From: Octopus vulgaris
Lineage: Eukaryota
Direction of reading: 5' to 3'
Length of the DNA: 64,000 bases
NCBI GenBank assembly: GCA_951406725.2
Contig: OX597824.1
Coordinates: 15,996,001 to 16,060,000 of the forward strand
Part shown: in pieces, positions 28,501-42,156 of the stretch
Numbering within the stretch: position 1 is the first letter of the stretch
How the letters are laid out: each line of letters opens with the position of its first letter
The notes under the pieces: generated by a model
Database searches by the model: none
The model's input: only the letters and a program-made list of their open reading frames with translations
Told to the model about the DNA's origin: nothing
Position numbers and translations under genes: made by a program

Positions 28501-28703
28501 ACACAAATTGTAGGATTCTTCTTCTTCCACGTGTTACATAACACTGACTCCAAAGTAGATTTGTATAAACTAACTTATTTTTACACTTTATATTGCGCAT
28601 ACAAGTCTATCTCTACCTAATCAATAGTTGACTTCAAACAGTTTCCGATTAATGGTAAATATCTGATGTTATCTAAGAAATAGCTATAAGGGAATATTAT
28701 GAA

Positions 28704-29075
28704 TTAGCGCTATGACCCGGCAACGCCGGGTCATAGTGTTTGTGCATGCATATACACCTGCGTGCGTGCGCACATACACGCGAGTACTGTCCAAAACTCC
28801 GACCAATCACATACAGCTAGCTAGCATTCAATTGGCGTATCAAGTTTCGGGCATTTTGATTGGGTTTTGGATATAAAATTCACAAAAATGTCACTTCTAT
28901 TGATTCTTTAATGGCTTTGCGGGGTGACTATGGAAATGTAAAGATGTGCACGACCACCCTTGGATGGTTTTGAATGACCATAGAAAGTGCGAGCCCTCTA
29001 ACTGAAAAATTGTGGATTTGTATAAAGGATACACACGCACACAGACAGACATTTTGCCGTTTATATATATAGAGA
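28704..29075 (-). mobile_element. Non-autonomous Helitron related to 681-1063
   Basis: Minus strand begins TCTCTATATATATAAACGGCA, ends CTAA after a 12-bp-stem hairpin CTATGACCCGGC-aac-GCCGGGTCATAG (28710-28736). Confidence 0.75.
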
Positions 29076-29117
29076 TTAATTTAATGCAGAATAATAATAA
29101 TAATAATAATTTGTTGT

Positions 29118-29613
29118 GACCCTCTTCAGTCATGAATGACCATGGGATTGCACCTAGAAAGTGACCCTCCCAGGCACAAGTCTGGGCAAGGTTGTTTATG
29201 GAAGACCAGCAGTCGCCCACGCATACCGGCCTCCCCTCTCCACGCCACCGATGTTATCCAAGGGAAAGGCAAAGGCCGATACAGCTTGGCACCAGTGACG
29301 TCGCAGCTCATTTATTAATGTGTAAGTGGCTGAGCACTCCACAGACACGTGTACCCTTAACGTAGTTCTCGGGGAGAATCAGCGTTACACAGAGTGTGAC
29401 AATGCTGGCCCTTTGAAATACAGGTACAACAGAAACAGGAAGAAAGGGTGAGAGAAAGTTGTGATGAAAGAGTACAGCAGGGTTCACCACCATGCCCTGT
29501 CGGAGGCTCGTGGAGCTTTAGATAAACACTCAAAATGCCCGGTCTGGGAATCAAAACCACGATCCTACGACCGCGAGTCCGCTGTACTAACCACTGGGCC
29601 ATTGCGCCTCCAC
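29118..29613 (-). mobile_element. Chimeric SINE: family C head/body joined to family D 3' half
   Basis: 29317-29613 matches inverted 60876-61185; 29118-29312 matches inverted 58418-58614. Confidence 0.85.
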
Positions 29614-29615
29614 AC

Positions 29616-30177
<562 letters not shown>

Positions 30178-30443
30178 GCAGGACATCAAATTCTACTGCT
30201 TGAAAAGCGTTACATACGTTTAAGGATGGTAAAAACTTTTCAAATAAAACGTGTGGCAGAATAAGAATTACAGTCATCTGCATTTCAGACAACGTTTAAC
30301 AATGCTGAAGTGAATGCACGCAAATATATTGCTAAAGATTATTGGTATGTAAAAATCATTTCTTGATAGGATTCAGTAAAATGTTTATGAAATTTAGTTT
30401 GTGAAACCAACATATAACATAATTCAATATAAAGTACAATAAA

Positions 30444-30830
30444 AGGCAGCGAGCTGGCAGAAACGTTAGCACGCCGGGTGAAATGCTTAGCGGTATTTCG
30501 TCTCAGTTCAAATTCCGCCGAGGTCGATTTTGCCTTTCATCCTTTCGGGGTCGATAAATGAAGTACCAGTTGTGTACTGGGGTCGATATAATCGAGTTAA
30601 TCCGTTTGTCTGTCCTTGTTTGTCCCCTCTGTGTTTAGCCCCTTGTGGGTAGTAAAGAAATAGAAATAGGTATTTCGATCGTTCTTACGTTCTGAGTTCA
30701 AATTCCGCCGAGGTCGACTTTGCTTTTCATCCTTTCAGCGTCGATAAAAGAACTCTCAGTTAAGTACCGGAGTCGTTGTAATCGACTAGCCCACCTCTCC
30801 GAGATTGTACCAAAGCTTGAAACCAATATA
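30444..30830 (+). mobile_element. SINE A plus a tandem 5'-truncated second unit
   Basis: Box B and core occur twice; the tails differ. Confidence 0.85.
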
Positions 30831-31174
30831 AAGTACAATACTTTTGAAAGGAACCTTTACACAAATTACTCAGAGATAAAATTATTGATAAAGATTCTTT
30901 AATAAGCAGACGTGAATATTTGCGCGTGAGTTTTCTGGAAGTCTTTTATTATCGAACGTTCATGAGCCTGACAATGGACATAGCACAAATAGTAAGTGAA
31001 ATATGTTCCTTAGGTGACTTTAGCTGAGTATACACTTTAGCTACCATTCGAGCAATGAATCCGGTCAGAAGATTATTTCTTCCTTATGTTATATATGTCT
31101 TGGTGTCCCTCAATATGGTGGCAATATAACCCTTAACGCTCTAGCCAACTCATCAATTAAATGAAAAATAATGC

Positions 31175-31877
31175 TTTCTGCTATAAGAATATAGAAATGA
31201 GGTTTGAAATTTTGGGGTAAGGGGTAAGTTGATTGCATGAACCCAAGTACTCGAATGGTACTTATTTTATTGATCTCGAAAGGATGAAAGGCAAAGTCAA
31301 CCTCGGCGGAATTTGAAGGGACAAAATGCTGCTAAATGTTTCCTCCGGAGGGCTAATGATTCTACCATCTCGCCGCCTTTTAGTTGAGAAATAATAGCAA
31401 ACTGTGTCGTTATTTATGAAGAAAAGTGAGAATATATCTGCCAACAAAACGTTGAATTACAAACGCAAACAAGATTGCAGGTTTAAAGAAATACCGGTAA
31501 TCTCAGTAATGCGGCCTATTTTTTAAGCAAAAACGACAAAAAAACAAATAAAGACAAAAAACAAAAAAACAAAACAAAACAAAAACAACAACAAAACAAA
31601 TGAAGTTTATTTTTACATAAAGAATATTGTAATTTGTCTGCGGAAAACACGTTTTATGTTAGTTACAAGCATTATATGTGCGCGTGTGATTATGTATATG
31701 TGAGTATGTGTGTGTGTTTGTGTGTGTGTGTGTGGGTGGGTGTGTGTGTGTGTGTGAAGACTCATATAATATACCTGAGGCACATACAGGTAGATCCGTC
31801 GTTGACAACTGAACTTATAAAGTGTATTATATTAATGCTGCTGCTGCTAAAACACTAACAACAACAGCAACAACAAA

Positions 31878-31922
<45 letters not shown>

Positions 31923-32037
31923 AAATACTACTACTACTACTACCACTATTACTACTACCACTACCATTACTACCACCACCACCACCACCACTAATATTAC
32001 TACCACCACCACCACCACCACCACCACCACCACCACC

Positions 32038-32095
<58 letters not shown>

Positions 32096-32440
32096 ATCAT
32101 TTCTACTATAGGCCTAAGGCCTGAAATTTTAAGGGAGAACAAGATAGTAGATTACATCGACCCCCAGTACCTGACTGGTACTGATTTTATCGACCCTGAA
32201 ACGATTAAAGGCAAAGTCGACCTCGGCGGTATAATAATAACAATAATAATGATGATAATAATAATAATGGTTCCTAATGGGAAAAGCCTGCAATATTTGG
32301 GAGAAAATGTCAGTGAATTCCATCGATCTCTGTCCGTTGTTCCATTCTTTATTTTGAAAGGATGAAAGGCAAAATTGAGTACGCCCGGATTTGAACTCAG
32401 GATATAGAGAGCCGAAGGATATGCTTTAAGGCATACGCCA
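31175..32440 (-). mobile_element. Three degenerate or partial SINE A copies (~31175-31380, ~32098-32230, ~32290-32440)
   Basis: GAAAGGATGAAAGGCAAA-type core visible in each. Confidence 0.7.
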
Positions 32441-32844
32441 CAATACATTTTTTTTTATTTGCCAGAAGAGCGTTGGATGAAAGGGAGATTAGTTAAAAAT
32501 AAAAGAAAATAAAAACAAAAGAAACATGTGATGAAGTGAAAGTGTAATCGTAAGATCAGAGAAAAAGTATAAGAATGACAAAAAAAAGATGGATAGTATA
32601 CACATACATAAAAAATAATATGTAGCACTTTATGAGGTACTACTATATAATATACAGATACACATATGTTTAACTCTCTGTCTGTCTGTCTGTCTACCTC
32701 TCTGTTACACGCAAATACACACGTTTATTATTCACTGACGTGGGTGTAACTTTGTGGATGTCCATGTGAATACACACCAGCAATGTAAGTTCGTATGTTT
32801 GAATATACGTATACATATGTGTGGACACACAGATTTATATATAC

Positions 32845-32883
<39 letters not shown>

Positions 32884-33045
32884 TATACATATACATATAT
32901 ATACATATATATATATATATACATCTGCATATATATATATATGTATATATATACATGCATGCATGTATATGTATATATGTATATATATATATATATACAT
33001 ACATACATGCATACATGTATAAATATATATACACACACACATATA

Positions 33046-33077
<32 letters not shown>

Positions 33078-33093
33078 CATACATGCATACAAG

Positions 33094-33124
<31 letters not shown>

Positions 33125-34157
33125 TTGTATGCATGTATGTATATATATCTTTGCATTGTGTACACACAAACATACATACATACATTTAACATAGTTTTGT
33201 AAGTATGAATATAATTTCTCAAACGTATTCTATTTATCATTTCGTTTCAGCATTATAATTTTCTATTTTTTTCTTTTTTTGGGGGGGGGGGGGCTGCACG
33301 TTTCTTTTTGTAGTTTTATTTCCCCCCCCCCCAACCTCCTTAAAAAAATCTTGTGGCTACTTTCACTGTTTAAGATGCAAAAATATTATAATAATCAAGA
33401 ATTCTAAGAGTCTTTGTGTTTAGCGTTAAACAACTTGTTCTGGAGTGTTCTTGAAGCTCTCGCGGATTCTTGTGGCAAAGATGAGACAAGCTCAAGGCAG
33501 ACATCAATAACAAACAATGGAATGAATTTCTATAGAATATTATCAGGCGAAAACAGAAGAATAGATGCCTTTTGTCAACAATATGTTAACAATTTTGTAT
33601 ATTCTCTTCTGCAGTAGTTTTAAAGAATAGGCTTTTTCTTAATATAGTATTTTGTTCAGATATTATTTCCCTGTTATATTTGTGTTTTTTTATTCACTGT
33701 AAACGTTATTACAATCATCGTATTTTGTCGTTGTTTAATTCTTCTTCTTATTATTATTATTATTATTATTGTCACTTCTTATTTTCCTCTTTTTTTTTTA
33801 TATCGTTTGTCAAAAAAAAAAAAAAAAACACCAAAAAAAAAAACACACGATGAAATGATGTTTGAAATAACAGTATTTAAACTTTGCATTCCTTTTTCAG
33901 TTGTTTATTAGATATTTCTGTGGAAACGGCAAGTCTCAAGGAGATTTCAATTGTTGCAAGAAATTGGAAACAGTTGTTAATACATGTTTGTTCACATTTT
34001 TGTCTCTCAAAGAGGAAAAATAATCGCAAAAAATCACAGAATTTCGATAATTCTATACAAAAGCAAACCTATGTGTATGTGAGTGTGTATATGCAAATAT
34101 GGATATCTATTTACGTGCATGTATATATGTGTACGTGTGTATATGTATGTATGTATG

Positions 34158-34280
<123 letters not shown>

Positions 34281-34531
34281 ATACATATACACACGTACAC
34301 ACACAGAGATATATACGCAGATACACACACGAACACACATATATATACACATACGCATATATATATTACATATATATTTATATACATATATAAACATACA
34401 CATACGCACGTACACACACACACTTATATATATATACATACCTAAATAAATATTAAATTATACACGTATACGTATACATGCACATTAATACATTATACAT
34501 TTATACATGAATTATATATATACGCACGCAT

Positions 34532-34568
<37 letters not shown>

Positions 34569-34577
34569 CGCACACAT

Positions 34578-34632
<55 letters not shown>

Positions 34633-34882
34633 GACACACATGTATATACAGACATATATACATATATATGTATGTATTTTGAGGGACGCAATATATATAT
34701 ATATAAATATACATATACATATATATATACGCACACACACATATATACCTATATATATTCATGCTGCTATGTATGTCGTATGTTTTGCACATCGCCACAA
34801 GATCTCAAATGAGCTTACATATATACATATATATATATATATATGCATACACACATACATGTATATACCTATATATATATAA

Positions 34883-34986
<104 letters not shown>

Positions 34987-35816
34987 ACATGTCGTTGGTC
35001 TTCAATTTCGTGAAGTTTGTCTTTTTAATGCTGTCAAAAATGTTTTCGTAACCATTTGGTATTTATGCAGTGTCGTCGATACGCAAACATTCTAAATAAA
35101 GCATTTCGCAAATATACACGCAGGTGTGACTGCGTGGTTAAGAATTTTGTTTTGCATCTCTGCGCTTTCGTGTTCCGTTCCACCACGCGGTACCATGGAC
35201 AATGATTGCACCTCGGTACGTATTTGGAGACAATGTGTATGTCTGTTGTGTGTGTGTATAGGCATGAGAGTGGCTGTGTGGCAAGTAGCTTGCTCACTAG
35301 TAGGTTGTTGACGATTTTTTTTTCTGCGCTGAGAAACTAACATCGTTTGACGTTGAAATTGAACATTTGAAGTACGACCACAGGTAAGGAGCTTAGTGAA
35401 GTCTGCTGTTCTGTAATTAATAAGTTTTGTTGAGTAAGGGTCTCCACTGGGTTCCAGACATTTACCTGCCTGTGGTCGTGCAAAAGATTCACTTTGTAGT
35501 GAGAATTATTTTTTTGAGGAAGCATATCCTCTCCGAAAATTTATGATTTTACGTGATTGTGTGCACTTCGTGGATTTTGCCATTTGGAGTACAACCATAA
35601 TTGGAGGAATTTTTTGCTGCTATTTTTGTGCTGTAAGGGATTTTTAACTGTGCTACAAAAGATTAGCAGAGTTGAATTTTGTTGCCATTTGAACTGCCTT
35701 ATTTCGTTCTTTTTCTCGTGTCTGTCTTTCTGCTCTTTTTTGTGTTTGCATTAGAGACTTTTATTTGAACATTTTTGATTTTGTTGTGGACTTTTCTATT
35801 TTAGCTTATTATATAA

Positions 35817-36790
35817 ATGGTAACGAAATGTAAAAAAGCCTTGGAGTGGCGAATTGTGACCCCCAAGGAGTGGCTAAAAAACTATGATGAGAGAATGGTG
35901 GTGTTGCGGACCTATTGCAAGCTCCACGACACCATCTGTGTATTCTCTCAAACTGAAATTGAAGAAGAGTTCATCCGTAGGGGTGCAAAGTACGCAACGG
36001 TGTGCGTACTTTTCGACACCCCTACGGAGGCTCAGAAATTTGCGAGCCGACCTATAGATGGGAGGAAGATTTTGTTTATCCCCACTTATGATGGGCGTAA
36101 ATTGACAAGAGCCTGGGTGTGTGGGCTGCCTCCCGGTATAGAGACTGAATAGATAGAAGATTTTATCTGTCAAGGTGTGGGTGGTGGCTCTGCCAGGCTC
36201 TTGAATGTAAAGATACTGCTTGCGGTCGATCGGGTCGGGTCAAAAGCAATTTTGAACCTATGGAACCAATCGGCCGAAGATCTGGTTTTACCAGATTTCT
36301 TGACAATGGCCGGTTCCAGGCACCCGGTGATCATTGAGGGACGCTCCCCCCAAGTGTCACCTGTGCCTGGAAACAGGGCACATGAAGAACTGTTGCCGGG
36401 ACCAGGCGAAGGTCCTGGAACAGTTGATTGATGACTGTAAACCTCCTGTTCCCCCAACGGAGCATCCTGCTCCTTCATTGGAGGGAGAGAGGGAGAAAGT
36501 CGAGGAGAAGGTAACCTCCTCGAGAAAAGGTACTAAGAGAAAGAAGGTGGTCCACAATGGTCGCACATCGATGAACCCTGAGGTAGCGGGAGGGGAGGAG
36601 GGACCTCCGGACATGTCGGAGGAACTCTAGCCTCCCGTCGCAAAGGGGAAAAAGAAAAAAAGAAAAACGAGGCATTGCCGGCGACGGCATGTCCCGAAGC
36701 CCCTTCAGTGAGATGTGTGCCACTGGAGGGGAGGAGAAGGAAACCTTGTCAGTTGGATGTGTGCCACCGAGTGAGGTAGTTGAGGTCTCT
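35817..36790 (+). pseudogene. L1/Tx1-type ORF1 (gag-like, CCHC zinc knuckle), disrupted
   Basis: ORF 35817-36152 continues in frame through one stop to ..VIIEGRSP, then frameshifts to KCHLCLETGHMKNCC (CX2CX4HX4C) and a basic/acidic low-complexity tail; 35300-35816 is a probable 5' UTR. Confidence 0.7.
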
Positions 36791-36794
36791 CTCA

Positions 36795-37062
36795 ATGAAA
36801 GGGTAGACGAAGATCGCAAAGCTGTGACACGAGGAGATATTGATAAATCGTGTATAGCCAATCATGTATGGAAAAGTGGAGACCACCTCCCCCTGTGGAT
36901 GAAGTTAAAATAACAGAGAGAGAACACCACTGGAAAATACGAAAACTAAATGAAGCAGCACATATGCTAGGACACAATAACCTCCTAAGCAGACCGAGTG
37001 CAGATATGAGCAGCATATGGGAACCGGTATTAAGGAAGGATACGAAAATATTAGATTTATAA
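36795..37062 (+). pseudogene. Penelope-like GIY-YIG endonuclease C-terminal fragment
   Basis: RVDEDRKAVTRGDIDKSCIANHVWKSGDH.PLW / DEVKITEREHHWKIRKLNEAAHM matches the PLE pattern R..EH..A....KSA.A.H.W...H..W....I...E..W..RK..EA; one frameshift. Confidence 0.8.
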
Positions 37063-37091
37063 GCCATAAAATTCAATCCATAATTGCCCAC

Positions 37092-37161
37092 GGGTATATG
37101 ACGTAGTGGTTAATAGGAGGACTACTAACCCCAAGATTCCGAGTTCGATTCCAGTGACCTG
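37092..37161 (+). other. tRNA-derived Pol III cassette followed by (AAT)n
   Basis: Box A-like TGACGTAGTGG, anticodon-like loop CTACTAA, box B GAGTTCGATTCC; no complete acceptor stem. Confidence 0.65.
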
Positions 37162-37279
37162 AATAATAATAATAATAATAATGATAATAATAATAATAAT
37201 AATAAATGATGATGATGATAATAAAAACAACAACAACGAAAATTAAACGTAAATAATGTAAATAATGTACATAATATAT

Positions 37280-37482
37280 GTATGTATATATTTGTGTGTC
37301 AGTGTTTGTCCTTCCAATGTCGATTGACAACTGACCTATGTTGGTGTGTTCACGGCCCTGGCAAAAGTGACCAATAGAATAAGTACTAAGCTTACAAAGA
37401 ATAAGTCCTGGGGTCGATGTCTTCAACTAAAAGGTGGTATTCCAGCATGGCCGCAGTCAAATGACTGAATCAAATAAAAAGA
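37280..37482 (+). mobile_element. SINE B 3' half
   Basis: Body after the internal microsatellite plus the CCAGCATGGCCGCAG tail. Confidence 0.82.
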
Positions 37483-37699
37483 AGTTTATATCAGTATATA
37501 TAACTTGGAAGCTGAAATTACCCTTGGCAGTTATTCCGTGTCTTTTGGCCCTGATCTAATGCATGTATAGCCAGTATTTATAAAAATTCATTGAAAAAAT
37601 ACACTGTCATTTATCAAAAAAAGCAAAGTATTAAAAGGAAAACTCCCACTAGGATGTTCAGTAGTGTCTGTATTTGACGCAAGGCCTTTATTTTATCGT

Positions 37700-37952
37700 C
37701 CTTCGTTTTGCATGCCTGTGAGAACATATTGAATAAAGAGGAAATAGATGAAAAACGCAACTACTGTTTCATAATGGATGGACAACTGTAGCTCACCTTA
37801 TAACTATTCCTATTGAAGAATTTGTGATGTCTATCATTAGGAGGAAAATACCTACCTAGTTGATATTGGAAAGAACGGGCAATATTATAGCTAACATTTA
37901 AAGTATATAGTGGGTGATACCACATAATTTTGCGGTTGCCAGTGTTATGCAT
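37700..37952 (-). pseudogene. Penelope-like element fragment (region between RT and GIY-YIG)
   Basis: ORF NRKIMWYHPLYTLNVSYNIARSFQYQLGRYFPPNDRHHKFFNRNSYKVSYSC matches the PLE motif R.I.W.NPP.S..V.TN.G..F..L....FP......K.FN.N..K.SYSC. Confidence 0.8.
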
Positions 37953-37953
37953 A

Positions 37954-38445
37954 CCGTAAATCCTCGGTATTTAAAGGTCAAAATCCCTAGTGCGTAGTAT
38001 ATACGAGTTTACAAATGAAAAATATTTTCTAAACAATGTCCGAGTCTCTATTTGCTTTCCAGCAATGTTTATTCAGACGCATTTTGTGATGTCGAGCACG
38101 AAAATACCTTAAGCTAAGCCTGAAAGCAATGAAGTCATAAAAGAATCATCCATAACTTGCTGTAAACAACATTTATTAAAATAAAAGTATTCAGAACACA
38201 GAATAACATGCAACAATTTGCAAACATATTTACATTCCCATATAACAGTTAAGAACATCACCATTATTGTTTTACGCATGCGCGGAAGTGTTTGTTCGAC
38301 TAGGTGCTGCTGGGCTAATTATGCACGACTCAAGTTAGAGAAGGGGTGCGTATAATACACAAAGTTTATGTTTTTCAGAGGTACAGCCACCTAAAAATCC
38401 CCTGCGTATTATACTCAAGGGCGGACTATACTCAAGGATTTACAG
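37954..38445. mobile_element. Non-autonomous Tc1/mariner-superfamily (pogo/Tc2-like) element
   Basis: Ends CCGTAAATCCT / AGGATTTACAG flanked by TA; repeated TGCGTA(G/T)TATA subterminal motifs; truncates the PLE fragment. Confidence 0.75.
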
Positions 38446-39157
38446 TATTAATGATAGCGTTACTCTGTCGGAGTATATATTGTACATTTTCTAGAAAACG
38501 TTCACGTCTAGAGAAGTTCCCATTGCAATACTCTGCAGAAATATTTAGTAATTATTCAATGGAAGATTTCTTGCAAATCTTTTTATGAATATAACCAAGT
38601 AAACTTCTCAGAATGACTGGGAATTATGCAGTTTTTGGTGAAGATCAATGTTCTATTAAACCTAATAAATTTAGTAAATGCATTTATTAAAGTTCTGAAA
38701 TACAATGTGAAGAAGGGACGTGAAGGATTTTGCCCTTCATTCATTTTAATAACTGAAGCTAAATGTTTTGAATAACTATTAATGAAATTGTATCTGTTAG
38801 ATCAAAGCCCGCAATGTTTTCGTAATGTTACTGGGAAGTAAGGTAGTGTATTTATTTACCAAACTATCAGATTTTCTTCAGTTTCGCTCGTAGAGTGTAT
38901 GATCGAAAAGAGTTTCGGAAATGCCTTAAGTAAAGTGTGTTAAAAGGTATGAGAATATTTCTTGGAAATTTTCATTTTTGAAAATTAAAATCAGGAAGTC
39001 AATTTCAAATACTTCTAGTGCATTGATATTTTTGTCGTTTAAAAATCGAATGTCATTTCTGAAAATTATTTAGGATGATACTTCTCAAAGAAAAGTGCTT
39101 CCCAACATATGTATATGTGTATCTGTGTATATTTGCATATATACATACATACATACA

Positions 39158-39205
<48 letters not shown>

Positions 39206-39228
39206 CATACATATATATATATATACAT

Positions 39229-39292
<64 letters not shown>

Positions 39293-39487
39293 ATCAATCT
39301 ATCTGTCTTTCTCTATTTATATATAGTTAAATCAATGGGTTGATCGATAAATAGATATGTATATGCATGCATATGAATATTGACATTACACAAGCGTATG
39401 TTCGGATATATGTATGCATATATGTATGCATATGTATGTTTGTGTGTATAAGTGTATGCGGACGCCTTCTTATGCATATTGGACGAA

Positions 39488-40010
39488 GGTTTGGAATATC
39501 GACGTTGTGTTACCTATCCTGGACTTGGCTTCAACTTTTGCATAACCCTGGTCGGATATACAACTTCTGAGATACGTAAGCCTGTCGACGTACTCAGTTT
39601 CACTTTGTCCAAGATTCACAAGTTGTGTTTGTGCTCCTGCAGTTCACACAACTTTGGTCTTTCCAGTATTAATCCGCAGACGGGGTTTCGCTCCCAAACT
39701 ATACCGGCTATCTGTCATGGCCTGCAGCGTATCTCTGTCTAAGATTAGTAACTCTAATCCATTTGCGAAATCCAAAACCCGTCAGCTTGCTAAGTCCCCG
39801 TTATTCCGAAACTGGTTGTTGACATCGCTTTCTGTATGGAGAAAGCAATTTGTATGAAGAATACGGCGACAAGATGCAAGACTGTTTCACTACGGTAGCA
39901 ATTTCGACCATGCCAATGGTTCCTCTGCTGGTCTTCAAGTATAACTGCGAGTTCCTTTGTAGAAATTTAAAGCTCCTCATTCAAATGCTTGGGACCCTAA
40001 AAACTCTCAA
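39488..40010 (-). pseudogene. Decayed RTE-clade reverse transcriptase fragment
   Basis: Minus strand VKQSCILSPY, LDFANG (cf. LDFADD), RLRINTGKTKV, VDRLTYLRSCISDQG..KSRIGNT..F. Confidence 0.75.
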
Positions 40011-40268
40011 GGTATGTATATGTGTTTGTGTGTGTATGTGCGCGCGCGTCTGTTTATATATGTATGTGTATGCATATACATATATATATATACATACATA
40101 TACATATATATATATATACATAGATATATATACACACACATACGTATATATATATACACATACACACACACGTATATATATATATACATATAAGTATTTA
40201 AATACATATAGCTATCTCTATCTACCTTTCCCTCAATGCATATATGTATATATACATACATACATACA

Positions 40269-40304
<36 letters not shown>

Positions 40305-40629
40305 TATATGTATGTATATATATATGTACACACAGATTCACACACACACCCGTAGAGACACACACATATATGTATGTGATCTACGCACACATATATTGTT
40401 CCTCTCTTATTATTTCTTTATTACGCATTACATAACTTTTTGCAATTATTTTAAGAAAAAAAAAACTAAAATAAAATGTAAAAATGTAAAAATATCTAGA
40501 TTGAAAATAATTCACTTCAAGTATTCATTATCATCTATCGATTATTGCTTTGTAATCTCTTGACAAAAATCGAAGCAATACTACCACAACCAATAAGATT
40601 ACTATCATTTCTACTATAATCAGTATCGT

Positions 40630-40922
40630 AGGGTCACATGGCCTGGTGGTTAGAGCAGCGGACTCATAGTCGAGGGATCGCGTGTTTTAATCTCAGACCG
40701 GGCGATGTGTGTGTTAATGAGCGAAACACCTAAGGTCCACATAGCTCCGGTTGAAGGTAATGGCGAACTTCTGCTAACGCTTTCGCCACAACTTTCCCTC
40801 AATTTTTCCCTCCTGCATCTTGCGGCTCACCGGCGTCCCGTCCAGGTGGGGAACCTATACGCCAAGGAAACCGGGAAACCGGCCCTTATGAGCCAGGCAT
40901 GGCTCGGGAAGAAACAAACAAC
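40630..40922 (+). mobile_element. SINE family C, tail variant 2
   Basis: Inverted match to 27424-27730 including the GGAAACCGGCCCTTATGAGCCA.GCATGGCT tail. Confidence 0.85.
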
Positions 40923-41077
40923 ATAATCAGTATTATCATAATTCCCATCTCCACCAATTCTAACAATATACCAACAGACCCACAACCACTAACACCACGA
41001 GCACCAACTTCTATACCTCTGTAACCACTACAAGCGCTTACTAACATCTTCTTGCATACGAACTTTGAAATACACAC

Positions 41078-41165
<88 letters not shown>

Positions 41166-41273
41166 TATACAAATTAGAGACAAAACCACTATTATGCAAA
41201 TCAAACAAAGAAAGACTTAATCCAATACATAAATTAATTTATATAATTTAGAAATTTAACAATTATTAATATT

Positions 41274-41335
41274 CACTACGATCGTTTCATGTCTTCTTTT
41301 CATCACATCTTTGAGTAGTAGACATTCTTCAGGTG
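41274..41335 (-). ncRNA. Intact type I hammerhead ribozyme (PLE-type)
   Basis: Minus strand CAC-CTGAAGA-ATGTCT..AGACAT-GAAAC-GATC-GTA-GTG: full core, 6-bp stem II, palindromic GATC loop, GUA triplet; element (~41165-41370) flanked by (TA)n. Confidence 0.82.
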
Positions 41336-41394
41336 GTTTCAAATATTCTTGGCGAGTTTAAACTATGACTTATATATATATATGACTTAGATAA

Positions 41395-42156
41395 CTTAGA
41401 TATGCTTCAACCAAAGATTGGCCCAGGCCATGTCTAACATAATAGCACCACCTGATAGGATTTGGTAAATCGTTTTTAAGTCAAGTTTCGCGTTATCATG
41501 GCCCATTCGAGTAGGCAGTTCTTGCTGAGTAGTTGTACCCAGGTATAGGGGACTTATCTGGAATCCTTTGAAAATGATTTTACAAATTCCGTTTAAAGGG
41601 GATGGGACCCTTTTCTTCTTTGATCTGTTTTGGAACAATGTTAAATAGGGCTGTACCTGTTGAGAAAAAGAAGTTGTGTTGCAGTGAAATTAACGTGTTG
41701 TGATCCTGAGTTGGGTAGGGCACGTATGGCCCGTGATACTATCCTTGGATGAATTATAAAATTAATGTTGAGGTCGTTTGGGCACTGCTGGTGGTATATT
41801 CTCCACATCGTGCAAAGGATGTATTGCTCACGACGGCACTAGAGAGAATGGGGTTTCAATGCTTTAAAGCGGTCCCAATAATCAAGATCAGTTCTGCCCT
41901 TAATTCTTTTAATGAATGCCCTCTGGAGTTATTCAATTTTAGTAATGTTTCGTTTTGTGGGGAGAAACCACAATGGGCAGCAATTTTCGAGGTGTGGCCG
42001 TACAAAGGAGGAGAAAAGAGGAATGATGATATCTTGTTCTGGAAGGATGTTAGGATCTAGGAGCTCATCCTACGAGCTATATCGACCTTATTATTGATGT
42101 GGGCCCTCCAGCTGAGATTGTTGTCAACAATAACTCCTAGGTCCCTGATGGATTCT
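41395..42156 (-). mobile_element. 5'-truncated CR1-group LINE, decayed
   Basis: ESIRDLGVIVDNNLSWRAHINNKV..VRPHLENCCPLW..LQRAFIK on the minus strand, with a 3' UTR near 41400-41450. Confidence 0.8.

Noticed and set aside
33240-34060. Unique AT-rich stretch that could be a UTR or non-coding exon
   Set aside because: No ORF with recognisable homology and no clear splice or promoter evidence.
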